A stretch of 61,791 nucleotides of DNA, filler included, from Asterionella formosa (lineage: Eukaryota): the NCBI GenBank assembly GCA_002256025.1. It is 4 parts of 4 records of this genome, joined end to end, with 100 filler letters (N's around TTAATTAATTAA, not from the genome) between each part and the next. Parts side by side here need not be neighbours in the genome. Positions count along the whole stretch, not along the records: positions 15,533 to 30,886 come from NKIB01005473.1; positions 30,987 to 46,340 come from NKIB01005482.1; 2 more parts are not named here. One strand, given 5' to 3'. A program made the translations under genes and the position numbers. The notes under the pieces are model-generated. The model was not told where the DNA came from. It worked only from the letters and a program-made list of their open reading frames with translations, and did not search any database. This document shows, piece after piece, positions 24,753-37,300 of this stretch. Numbering within the stretch: the stretch's first letter is position 1; the number at the start of each line of letters is the position of its first letter.

Positions 24753-24919
24753 TGTTGAGGGGAACCTTATCGTGAATAAAGGTGAACTACAATATTATGA
24801 CTATTCTATTGCTGTTCCAAGTACATCGTTGTTAGCACTCACACATGTACCTAATCTGGTGGCTGCGCCGGTTTGGTTCGTACGGCGCATGTATGGAGCA
24901 TCATATGCAGATATTAACA
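24753..24919 (-). repeat. Copia 1 5' LTR (167 bp)
   Basis: Direct repeat of 19374-19546, upstream of gag on the minus strand. Confidence 0.95.
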
Positions 24920-27504
24920 GTTATGACTCGGAGTCAAACGAGTCAAACGATTCGAATGAGTCATCTTTGATGTACCAAGCTCTCATCAACCACACATTAT
25001 ACCTTGTTACTCCGCCTATAATGAGCCGGACGACCAGTGGAGTGTTAAAACGCTTGCTCTGGCGAAGAAGGCAAGAGGATTCCGAACGATGTACTCCAAG
25101 AACCGCAACCCGTGTTCTGACAAAGAGTACAAAGTCGAGACAGACAAAGGAGTCAGGGCTATCTACGAGGCCAACGACAAGGCGTACCAGTTGCTCATCA
25201 TGAGCTGCACCGGAATCGCCTTCGGACTCGTAAACCAAGCCAAAACGAAAAATTTGATCGATGGCGATGCATACATGGCGTGGAAGAACCTCGAAGCGAG
25301 GTATGACCCCCATTCTGTGTCGGACCTGATCCAGCTGGCAAGCGATTTCAACAAATGCAAGCTGAACGATAGCTCCTCTGATCCAGACGAATGGTTCATT
25401 GAGCTCGATCTAATACAAAGCAAGATGATGGCGATCGACCCGTCATTTGAGAAGAAAGAAATGGAAGTGATTGCGAACATTATCGACAAGCTTCCAGTGG
25501 AATACAGCGAGGTTGTTACAGTCGTCGAGGGCATGACAACAATCAGCCTCAACGAATTGAAAGGAAAGATCTACAAACGAAAGCTAAAGGGCACGAAGAG
25601 CACAAAGGAGATCGCCCTATTCACGCAGAAATACAAAGGTATCTGCAAGAACTGCGGCAAACAAGGGCACAAGGCCGACGTGTGCCGATCGAAAACGAAC
25701 ACAAGCGGAATGAATGCAAACGGTACAAACGAAAAAAATGAGATAAAGTGCTATAATTGCAATAAATATGTCGGGCATATTGCAAGAGACTGCCCGGAAC
25801 CAAAACGCGCACAACGCGGCGAGAAGAAAAAAGAAACCGGCATGTACGTCTGAATGTGCGAGGAGATTACCGGTATGGAGGCGTTTGATGCTATCCCTGT
25901 TATGGACGTCACGCAGAAAACTACCGAGACTCCTGCTGAAGAACTCCTATGCGTGTGTTTTGTTCCTACAATGGAAGACGAGTGGTACGAAGACCAATAC
26001 TGCGCATCAAGCAATGGAACAGAGCGCCGGCTCGCGGACACTGGGGCTACCACACACATCACTATGACTGACGAATACATGACAAACGTCGAAAATGTCA
26101 ACGTCTAGGTCATTGTCAGTGATGGTAAAGAGGTGGTATGCACGAAACGAGGTGATATTCTGATTACCAATAAAACGTGCTCCATGTTACTACGCAAGGT
26201 ACTCTACACTCCACACTTCCATAAGAATATCGTCAGCATCTAGGTCATTGTCGGTGATGGTAAAGAGGTGGTACGCATGAAGGGGTCTGAGTTGAGTCTA
26301 CATAAGGAAGGGTACGACAACAAACTAACCTTTTCTTGTGAGGATCAAGGCGTCCTTTACTACTTCAAGGGGAAACGTACCCTACAATCCGAAACGGCCT
26401 TGTCTATCCACGACTCGACAACAAGCCATACACCCTATCCTACTCCAACGATTACCAAGAAACCAACGCAAATTGACATCAACGAGGCCCACGACAAATA
26501 CGGCCACATCAGCGAGGCATCCCTTCGCGCAACGCTAAAGTCCCTCGGTATTGAACCTACGGGCAAGATTCAGTCGTGTGAAGGCAGCGCACTGCCTAGC
26601 TAAGGCAAAGGCCAAAGCGGTACCTAAAGTCACGACCCTCAAGGCCTCTACTCCTGCTGAACGATTGTACGTGGACATTTCAGGTCCCTACAAGAAATCT
26701 CTAACTGGAAGCAACTACTGGATTCTATTTGTGGATCAGTACACAGGCAAGGCATGGAGTTATTTTGTTAACAAGAAGAGTCTTTTGGCGAACCTCGCGG
26801 ATGCCCTACTGACTACACTCAAGTCAGCTGGCTATGTAGTACAATTCCTACGCTGCGGCAACGCCGGTGAAAACGTGACCAGTCTAAGTATCGTCTGCAC
26901 CACGCAGGGTATTCAGATTGAGTATACTGCCCCCCATACTCCTCAACAGAACGGAGTCATGGAACGAAAATTTGTGACGATACAAGACCGAGCATGTGCC
27001 CCATGTTCAGCGCAAAACTGTCAGACGAATACCAGGGGCTACTGTGGGCCAAGAGTGTCCACATGCACACGCGACTAACGAACTCTGTTGCTAACTCGAA
27101 TACGGGAAAATGCCCCGATTGGCTTTTCTACGGCTTTCAGCCTAAGATTTATCCTCACCTGATTCAGTTTGACAGGGTGGGGTGGGCCACGATTCGGACG
27201 CCAAGGCAGAAACTAACCCCAAAAAGTGTCAAATGTGTCATGCTTGGATACAGCCATGACCACGCCCGTGATACCTACCGCATGTACAACGTTGCAACGA
27301 AAAAGGTCTTCAACACAAGAGACCTTAAATGGGCCGACTGGCATGGAAAGAATGCCAAACCCACTGCGGACATGGACGAATTCACCACAGACGGATCCGG
27401 CATAGATGAGGAATTTGACACTTCTACTAAACCTTCCAACGCAATACCTCCTGACGAACAAGGGGCTGATATGACACTACCAACGAAACCAGACGATCCA
27501 AGTA

Positions 27505-29480
27505 GGTTGCATGCATGAGCAACTACTCCGGTATAAATTATGATCTTTAATCAATGAATTTAGATTCGTTTATCCTATAACTTTGATCATAACATATTGA
27601 TCATATGATGAACGGTGTCGTTGATGAGAAAATGAACCAATCAACATTTATTTTCAAGAATCAGGATTGATTTATCTTAAAAAAAATGATCAAATGATCC
27701 TAAACACATGAGCATATTCAGTTTTCCGCTGCACTATTGTGGTATTTCCATGATGGAAGTAATTACCAGCAATTATACAGTACTACCAGTAGGCCATATG
27801 AATTTTGGTCAATATGTCTATATACATAAATGTATGATTTCGACCATTTGAAAAATTGGTGATGACTCCCGTTTATTAGTAAGGGGCTTAATTAAATCAG
27901 CCAATGACTTGTAGGTACAAGAATTGACACAAAAAAATTGAAAAAACTCAACAGGTCGTGGAAAACTATGAACTCATCATGCATTGTATATATTTGAATT
28001 ATGTATAATCAAAATTGATGAAAGTAAACACAGGATGTGCCGTATTATGAGGGTATTTCAAACTATGCAAATGTTCAACTATGTATACATTTAAACTTCT
28101 TACAAATCTTTATATATCATATGTATTCATGGCTGAAACATTTGAAATCATGTTTTCATGTGGTTCCTTGTCATGCATACACTTTGCTCCTGAATTGAAG
28201 GATTAACACAGATGATGACGCGGAAAACGAAAGTATAATAAAGCACAATGAGCGATACTTGCGGCTTAGAAGAGAAGGGCGGAATCAATTGATGGTAAGT
28301 CAAGAGCAGATGCCTTTCATGTTCCTTGTCATGCTGCATCCACTTCCTCAAATGAAGGATCTCAAGCAACACATGATGCGAAAAACTGAGGTGACAATAC
28401 AGCACGATAAGAATGAGAGAATATGATGGAGAAGGGCGGAATCAACAAGCTGTGCATAGCATCACGGTTTGTCAAGAGCAAATGCCAAGATGATCAATTG
28501 CTGGGATTACAAATACGGAATGAATCGTCTCCTTTCAGTGATTCAATAGCTCCTTTTCGATTTGGTGGCTGGCCAAACATCAATGTGGACAAAAGAAATC
28601 GGTAAGTGCTGCCTATCAGCCATCTTTGGATCAATCCACAACTGTTAGAAAAACTGACACATAGTAGTATGTGTTGCTTCTTTCAGGATAATGGTAGACA
28701 AACAGTATTTGTAAGTTACAAACAGCAGTGTTGGAGCCCATTTATTGATCGATACCTTGCTTCTCATTCAATCTTCGACTGACACATTCTTCTACAGAAA
28801 TATGCATCAGTTACTTCCTCAATTTGTGGTAAGTGAAGGCAGATAGAAGCGAAATGAATGTTGTTGTGAAAGCAAAACATGAACAGCTAACAATGAATTG
28901 CTTCTCTTTGTTAGTATGGCTGATTGGAACAACGAAACGGATTCAATAGTAATAGGAAAATGCGTGAATGCAAACTCAGATCTGTCAGGAGTAAATGGAA
29001 CAAAGCAAGCAGGGGAACAACGGCAAGGCAACCAGTACAACAACCTTCAGAATTGGATTGGGGGAGGGGGAGGTGGAAGTGAAAGCGGCACCAACAATCA
29101 TTGCGATGAGAGCATTGTAGAACATTATGTAGCCACTTAAGATATGATAGAATCATAGAACCATTCTTAGCTAATTATAGTTCTAAATTTCGATCAATTT
29201 CATCCTATTTTAGACAGTGATATCGATGAGAATTACGATCATGCTAAGATAGATGTATGACAAAAGTATACACATCATATGACCATGTTTAAATAATTAT
29301 ATGATGCAATGGTATTATAACTATGATAGTCTCATCGTACTTCAAGCTCGGTAAAAGTTTACTGCATGATCATAATTATATGATACATTGATCAAAAACT
29401 ATCATGTATGTGAAAATCCTGTGCCACTTAGCGTACGATACCCTTGATCATATTTTCATGATATTTTTTATTTACAGACG
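27505..29480 (+). mobile_element. Non-autonomous DNA transposon (family A) inserted between IN and RT of Copia 2
   Basis: AT-rich 1976-bp block flanked by TA/TA. Removing it with one TA restores the in-frame pol linker PDDPS-TPKGVSF. Right end TTTTTATTTACAGACG; homologous to ~57900-59459. Confidence 0.85.
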
Positions 29481-30371
29481 TACTCCCAAGGGAGTGAGCT
29501 TTGCAGATTTCGTCTCAGGTGGTATGAATACGAACAAGAATCGTTCAAATTATGCTGCGAAATCTACAAAGCTAGATCGAGAAATGAATAGGCTATCTAC
29601 ATACTTTGTGACCTCACTTACTCCTACTCGTGCAGGCACACGTCAGCAATCATCCACAGCACGCACGCTAATATTGGATGATAACACCAACGAAGATACC
29701 AACGAAAACCTCGAAGAGCACCAACCTAGTGAGGAAGCACACTCAACAAGCCTAACTTCTGACCCACTGGAACCCAAGAGCTACAAGCAGGCACTATTAA
29801 GTAACGAAAAAGACGAATGGACCAAGGCAATCAAAGCAGAGATTGAAAACTTCTACTCTCGCAAAGTGTGGAAACTACATCCTCGTAAGAATCTAAATGG
29901 ACGAAAGCCACTTGGAGCAAAATGGGTATTTAAAAAAAAAGAACGAGCACGACAACACTACGCGCTACAAGGGCCGTATTGTGGTAAAAGGCTACGTGCA
30001 GATACCAGGTGTCGACTTCACAGATTCATTCGCACCTGTTGTTACGTATACTGGCCTACGTATTGTGTTTTCAATCACCCTACACAGAAAAGATTTTGTA
30101 TGTGAAATTGTGGACATCGAAGCGGCATTCCTCGAAGCCGACCTCGACGAAGAAATCTACATAGAATGGCCAGATGGAATCGCTGACTTCCACTACGAAA
30201 TTGAAAGGTCTATGACTGACAACTGTATCCGACTGGATAAGGCAATGTACGGCACGGTACAAGCTGCACGGCCATGGTTCAAGAAACTCCGAGACTGCCT
30301 ACTTGATATGGGACTCAAGCAAAGCCGTTTCGACCCCTGCGTGTTCTACGAAAAACGAGAAGGCATCCTTA

Positions 30372-30886
30372 GGGTCGTTCTTATCATTCCGAATTTGCTG
30401 TGTCATTTCCGGGTTGCGGGCAAAAAGTGACGGTTGGTATCAAAACACGGTATCAGCAACGGTAACTTGATGGTATCAATTTTGTATCAAATACAAAATT
30501 GATACCTTTTTGGCCCCCTCCAAAAACGGTATCAGTGATACTGACGTTTTCACACGGGTATCATTTCCGTTGTCACTAATAAAATAACCGAAAATAAGCC
30601 TGCAAGGCAAGGCACCAGTGATAATATAAATGGCATATACTATTCCTTCAATTTTATGCTGGCTGCGTACATTGTCCAAGCAACACCATTGATACAATTA
30701 TACAGCACCAGACAGAAAGTTATACTTTGCGATCTTATAACTCCCAAGTGTTTTTGTGTATTTGTTACTACAGATCAGTCATTTGAATCTCCCTGAAGAT
30801 ACTACAAGCAAGGCAAATGGAACCGCATAGTATGGAACCAGTCACACAAACGCAAACAACAACTGTTGATGTGGAGACCACTGTAT
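30372..30886. mobile_element. End of a further insertion truncating the Copia 2 RT (possibly PIF/Harbinger-like)
   Basis: RT homology stops at TTA|GGGTCGTTC, followed by multiple GGTATCA/TGATAC subterminal repeats. The other end is lost in the gap. Confidence 0.45.
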
Positions 30887-30986
30887 NNNNNNNNNNNNNN
30901 NNNNNNNNNNNNNNNNNNNNNNNNNNNNNNTTAATTAATTAANNNNNNNNNNNNNNNNNNNNNNNNNNNNNNNNNNNNNNNNNNNN
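30887..30986. other. Assembly gap / contig spacer
   Basis: 44 N + TTAATTAATTAA + 44 N. Confidence 0.98.
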
Positions 30987-31839
30987 TACATGACTCCTAC
31001 TGGTGTATACAATGCGGAAATGATGACCACCAGACTACCAATCCTATAGGTCCTGTAGAATTATCGCAACATGGCTGCATATCTAATGAAAGGGCGGGAG
31101 GAGTCATCCATGCACCTGTATAGTATGAAATATGGAAATGATCAAATATAGCTAGTCTACAAAAGGAGCAGTGCATCATATATGCCCTGTTATTTTAATT
31201 CCTATGAAATCTCGCTCTTGATGTGTTCTGCGCTTTTTCGCCACAATTGTTTTCATTGGCTGTTTCACTGGACAGCATTCGAATTGATTGTGCTTTGAAC
31301 AAAACAATGATCAAAGTCCACCCCATTGGAGAATGGTGAGTCTCACAACTAACTATCAGCCAGTCATGGACTGTCTTTTGTGCACCCTCGCTCGTTGTGT
31401 TTGTACTTGACTTGGCAGCTGTCAGCCAAGAGCAGCCATGGCATGTCACTATTTATTGTCTATACAAGTTTCGAATGCGTTCAGCTATGATATCTTTTGC
31501 TCCCCCCTCCTAAACACTATCTCACCACCCTTGTCGTAGATTTTTCTTTATCCTTCGGCTTCACAGGCCCAGATTACTCAATGCCTTCATCTGCAAGGAT
31601 TTCAGCCAAGCAGATCCACGTTGGCGTCAAGAAAACCTCAACCCCGATTTTCCTCACATGCTCCACCCATTGACTTCTTCATTGGTGAAGTCGATGTAGC
31701 TATACTGACGAAATCAGGTGGCGCAGGCTTGTGTATAGATTGATGATGATGAAAGCAATGTTTCCTTTCCCGTAGGTACCTATTTGTCAACATTGTTTGG
31801 GTCAATCTATTCTTGTTCCCGTAAGACCAGCAGAAGCAA

Positions 31840-32035
31840 TTATCCCTTTACTTCTCCTCCCAAGAACCTTCATTTCTCTTTCACTTTTACCAAGCTTGAA
31901 GTATGATGATACTATCATAGTTATAATACGACCATTGCATCATATAATTAGTTAAACATGGTCATATGATGTGTATACTTTTGTCATACCTTATCCCTTT
32001 ACTTCTCCTTCCAAGAACCTTCATTTCTCTTTCAC
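31840..32035. repeat. 45-bp direct repeat flanking a 106-bp captured fragment of family A
   Basis: 31840-31884 equals 31991-32035 (1 mismatch). The insert 31885-31990 is the reverse complement of ~29256-29358. Confidence 0.9.
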
Positions 32036-32599
32036 AATTGTCCTGATGATGTTTGCAGAGCACCATTTTTAGTTCCCTTTTGAGATTTCTGGAGGTCTCG
32101 GTCATTGGCAACATAAAGCAACAATCAACAGATCATGGCGGCTGTTCTACATTTTCTGTAGCAAGTGACATTCAAGAAGGGACTGGGATCATTGGGAAGA
32201 AAAATTAGTAGGATTCTCTGTGTTTGCCCCCGCCCGTTTGGCAGCCATTTTACCATTGCTTCCTCTCAATCAATACTAGTATAGCTAATGAAAACCGTAA
32301 TTAGATGAAATGTGACTTCCGGTTTCTAATATTTTACATTGTTGCACTACTGAAACTTGAATCCATAAATGGGCATTCAACTTGTGCTCCTTGCATTTTT
32401 GCAGTATAGACTGGCTGGCTGGTGGGCGATAGGCCAAGCAAAGTGTCTCGCTTTTCATGAACATCTACAAGGTACTAGTGCTTTTGTCGAGGTTTGTGTC
32501 TAAATCCAACTGCTGCCATCCATTGAAATATTCCAGATACATCAAAGAATACGCTCCTGTCTTCAAAGGTAAGTAACTAGTACGACGACAAAGGAAATC

Positions 32600-33288
32600 T
32601 GATGAGACATGAAAATTACGAATCCAGAATCACTCTGTTACTATAAATAGACAGTCTCATGCTTCTTTGTGCATATCGCCTGCTATGCTGTGTTTCAATT
32701 CTAGATGTATTACGTTCTTGTTAGAGAGACGATGTTATGGAGAAGTAGATTATGCTGTTCTATAATGGATGTTGTTTACTAGCTATGATTGAGGTTGTAA
32801 CACTGACCGATGCTCCAGTGACAGACCAGCCGGAAATATTCGTCTTGTGTGATGAGCCATTTCGTTTTCATTGGATTTCTTTTCAAGCTCTTAACGGATT
32901 GCATAGTACGAACATACTGTGCAATGTAGATGATGATTCATCGAACACATATGATGACTTGAACGACAAATGAAGATTTTATCACAAAATCTCGATCCTC
33001 TCGACATGGCTGCTTTGTCGTTGTTGCAAGAATCAGAGTGAGGACTGGAGAGGATGATGAGCCAAACCACATTACTTTCACTGGTACATTCTCCTACCAA
33101 GAAATTTAAATAAAGGAACCTAAAAGAAACAATACATATAATAACTAAATTTCCATAGTCAAAAGGGTAACTATTTAAATTACGAGGGCATTTATCAAAA
33201 TTGATAGATGATAAAACGAAAAATTATGATCAGATGATCATAATCCTATGATGCATCATGGAAATATGATGGTTTTTATTTGCAGACG
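32600..33288 (+). mobile_element. Diverged family B right arm ending ...TTTTTATTTGCAGACG
   Basis: Direct, diverged copy of ~15690-16370; left boundary approximate. Confidence 0.7.
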
Positions 33289-33306
33289 ACAGTTACGGAT
33301 ACCCTC

Positions 33307-34340
33307 ATCATCTAATAATTTTGATAAATGCCTTTGTAATTTAAATAGTAACCCTTTTGACTACATATATTTAATTATTATATGCATTGTTTCTATTTGA
33401 TTCCTGTCTTCGAATTTCTTGGTAGGATAATGTACCAGTTCAAGTAATGTAATTTTGCTCGTCATTTCCATCCGTCATCACTCCGATTTTTGCAACAACA
33501 ACGAAATACTAGCGATGACAAGTGGAATGAATGTTTGCGATAACGTCTTCAATTTGTTGGTCAAGTGATCATTATATTATATCTTCGAGTAATTGTCATG
33601 TGCAGTGAACCTTTGTTCATAATCATTAAATTAAGAGTTTACAGGAGAGAAGAAACCATTTGAACTCGCAATGTTTCCGCACACAGCGCACAAAGTATAT
33701 CCGTTTCGTCCACTTCAGCATGACAATCTCGCAAATCAACCCATAAACAAACACATTCTACTTCTTCTAGTTGACATTTTCAATTCTCACATGATACTGC
33801 ATCTACTATTGAGATTCAGCATAGAAGGAGATACGAAAATGTGCCTAACAGACTACTGTCCACATAGCTAGCTATAGTTATAGAATGATCCTGATTAAAA
33901 TGAATTTCATTTTCATATCGCTCGCTCGTTTCTGCATTTGGAATACTGTACTTGAATTTACTATTGAACTTGTCCGCATCTTTGATACCATCAAGAGAGC
34001 GAAAGCAAGTGGCTCTTTTCATTGTTGTTTGCTCGTAGGAAGAATTTGATATCTGTATCGTCATTTGCTTGTTGGAATTGTCCGTTGCCTCAAACTTGCT
34101 TGGCCTCTGCTGTACATGCACACACTGTCGACTTGTTTTCAATGGTATGTTGTTCTTGTATTCACTGTTGAACTTGTCCGCATCTATGTTATCATCAATA
34201 GAGCGACAAGTGGGTTTCTTCATTGTTGTTTGCTCCTGAAAAAGTCGGTGTCTGTGTCATCCTCATGGAAAAATTGGTACTGTATCATCATTCGCTCGTT
34301 CGAACCACTGTCCATTGCCTCAAACCTGATTAGCGTGTGA
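33307..34340 (-). mobile_element. Inverted family B arm lacking the last ~80 bp; internal ~200-bp tandem duplication
   Basis: Reverse complement of 15533-16291; the DADKFNS.YK block appears twice in ORF 33816-34223. Confidence 0.75.
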
Positions 34341-34664
34341 GTACCGGTATGTGCTCTGTCGACTCTAGTACATTACAGGCGGTTTGACTTGTTAGCTACT
34401 AAATTGCGTGATATAATAATATACCCTGTAGCACGATGCAGAATACAGTTGCTTCCCAATCATCTCATCATGATTGATAAGATGATCCTGTGATATCATG
34501 ATAGAGTTACATCGATGGTTTCATCGATACATACATCACCAAAGTATGATACGTAATATTGAATAAAGTACATGACATAGCTATGATGCAGCAATCATAG
34601 AACTGTGATGATTTTTTAAAATGTTTATCAAAACATTTTGATCAAAATATGATTATGTAAAAAT

Positions 34665-35471
34665 ACCAAAATGGACTGATGGAGTCGGCTGACTTTCTAA
34701 CCAATGATTGTTTCTTAAGTAAATTCAAATTATAACCGTAATTACGAAAAGGCAATAGCTGCTAAACCGAGCCAACTTACAGTGAGCAGTTTTTTGGCGA
34801 TGAGTAAATGCTCTGAGCAAGCAATGAGCAAATGCTCGGAGCAACGAGCAAAATTTTCGGGTAGTGAGCAAAAAAGTTCGGATAGAGCAAAAGTGATAAG
34901 GTAAGAGCAGAAGCAAAAAGTCATGGGCAAAAAATTTAACCTCGTAATTTTTAATTTAGGCTGAAACAATTTCGTCTTCATTTGTCGGAATTAGAGCAAC
35001 AATTAAATACCGGTGGTAAATTCTATGCAATACCGGTCATTGAGAAATTTTAATTATTCCACCATTATTTACTTGAATGACGGGCCATGAGGTAGACCCG
35101 GTAGGCCTAGTATTAGCAAAAGCCTGACTCTATGTATGTATTTATTGGTAATGTTTTGTCCCTAAAAACTCTTGTTACTAAAATCACATTGACCATGTCG
35201 GTATTATTCGTCTGTTGGTTAACTCATCAATTTTACAACCTCCCACGCCGCTTGATTTATCAACATAGCCGCCATGATCAGCATATTCAGTAAACGCATC
35301 GGCCAAGCAGCGCGGGAGCACACAATTTCGTTCATATACGTCCTGTTTAGTGTTGAGCATGGCAAATCCACGCCTTCATGACCATCCAAATCACGTCCAA
35401 AACCTCTTGAGCTTGACAGTAGGATACCTGGAGTCGAAACTGTACAGGGATTCCTCAAATAGGATGCTACA
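34665..35471 (-). repeat. 807-bp inverted repeat, left arm
   Basis: Reverse complement of 41361-42167; about 8 substitutions by eye. Confidence 0.95.
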
Positions 35472-36724
35472 GTGACAATAAAGTTTGATAAAATATGTAC
35501 GCAAGTTTTACCAAGACATCATAGAATATAAATCAAGCAATCATAAATTATGTTAATTAATATATCTGTTTGTCGTTTAATGTATACAGTTAAAGTCAAC
35601 ACTTAATATGATAGTATTATACAGTGGATAGGATCTAAGTATACAGATGCGTTGATATGTACATTACTGCTATAATATGATTTGTGATATGGATTGATGC
35701 ATATCACATACTGGTATCCTCAACAACCAGCCATCACGTTCATTGTCGTGTCGTATTTCATTGGTTTAGCTATATATATGCTGGTATGTGTATTGTGTAA
35801 ACACTACGCTGGCGGAACATGCATATTACACTGCTGTGCTCTGTTCAACAATTACTACACTCGGTTACTACTATCACACCAGTTCCACCTCCACAAGCGC
35901 CGCAATAAGCTCCGCGAAAAGCTCCGCGTTTCCTTTCCACTTTTTTACATCATAGTCTTCTGGCCCTTTGACAACTTTCCAAATGGCATTTCACGGATTT
36001 CATGGAAAGGATCAGTCAAACAAGAAACGAGACTTACTTCCATTGTTTACACTACACGACTTTATGTTTTCGGAAAAGAAGATGAAGAAACTTATGAAAT
36101 CAATCGAAGATTTGCTCCTTTGAATACACTCAAAGATCAAATGAATTTGAACAGATTCATGATACTCCAGAAAATATAATGAAGCAAGTATGCCGATGCA
36201 ATAGTGACAGAAATTGAAAAGAAGGAAAGATTGCTTTCGAAGAGCCAAGGAAACCCAAACAGTTGGTCTTTGTGGATGAAGACTCTTTTCGTACAGAGTC
36301 ACAGTTCCACCATCCAGTGTCGTATTTTACTCCTCATTCTCCCGAAATGGCTGATACTAATGAAGAAGAACTCAGTGTTTCTCATTCATTTGATGAACAA
36401 AATCATGCGATGAATGAAAATATCGGCGGAAATGTGGCAGACATTTCTTCAGAAGTAGAAATGGTTGAAAAGTTGCAAAACCAAGAAATATGTCTCACTA
36501 TTTGTCCAGAACATCAAGATGAACATCATGAAAGCAGAGCAGAGAACTATTGCATTTCTAAAAGAAAAGCAAGATATTCAAGAAAAATTCTGAGCTAGAT
36601 CAAGACCTCGAATTCAAAAAGATCCATGCAGACAGAGATGTAATGATGGCTAAGGCTGTTGATGCTCTGAATAGGGAACGAAGTCAGAAACACAAATTAT
36701 TGGGACCTTGAAACAATTACCTCT

Positions 36725-37300
36725 ATGATCCATTATATAATTCATGAACTTCATCCAAGTGATGTAAAGGTTATATTTGATCTTGATGAGAACCCAGAAA
36801 AGGGTAATATCAATCCATATATATACCAAGGTGATTGTCATCCACTTCATCACAAAATTAACTATGTGCTAATTGTGTATTGCAAAAGATCAGATGAGGA
36901 GGAAAACAATCATTTTGTGCATTATCTTTTTGCTATAAATGATGGATTATGTCAAGTCCATGATCCAGGAAAAGATGCAAGTTTGGATGAACATTATGAT
37001 CAAGTATTTCACCTTGACCGTAAGTACTGCATCATCCCCGGATGCAGAAAAGAATTGGAATTGTTATGCACCGATACAGGATATCTTCCACAAGAATACC
37101 ATACACCTGAAGAAATCGGGTTCTCGGAATCTTTCTATACTAGCACCAAAGAACGGCACCATTGCAGATCATAATGGCCACTGAACATGATTCCATGTTA
37201 TTTCAACCAGAAGATGACAGCGGATGGTCATGTGGACCTTTTACAATTGTGAAAGTATTGGAAACTGTATTGCAATTAGAAAGGAATGGCAAAACCAAAT
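36725..37300 (+). pseudogene. Ulp1/SENP-like (peptidase C48) cysteine protease relic within a transposon-like region
   Basis: NNHFVHYLF (His), VHDP (Asp) and FQPEDDSGWSCGPF (Gln, Cys) in C48 order; frameshift near 37165. Confidence 0.55.

Larger units (their letters stand above)
19374..24919 (-). mobile_element. Full-length Ty1/Copia element 1 (CoDi I-like), inactive
   Basis: TG..CA LTRs at both ends and a 5-bp TSD GTTAT (19369-19373, 24920-24924). Gag 24605-23512, PR IADSG, IN YTDQTG..LDNE..AERAIRTF, RT MYGLPQAG..VVND (catalytic D to N), RNase H SNASY..TDN..MDMRYYW..ADYFTK. Several frameshifts. Confidence 0.96.
19345..30371 (+). mobile_element. Ty1/Copia element 2 (degenerate host of three nested insertions)
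   Basis: Gag with two CCHC knuckles (25089-25853), protease ADTGATTH (~26030), HHCC and integrase LYVDISGP..LRCGNAGEN..QQNGVMER (26480-27350), RT KWVFKKK..RYKGRIVVKGY.QIPGVDF..KAMYGTVQAAR (29770-30371), cut before YVDD. Stops and frameshifts throughout. The 5' LTR start at TGTTAAAG (19345) is inferred. Confidence 0.88.

Noticed and set aside
26105..26281. ~40-bp internal duplication in the Copia 2 protease region
   Set aside because: Real but ordinary decay or template slippage in a dead element.
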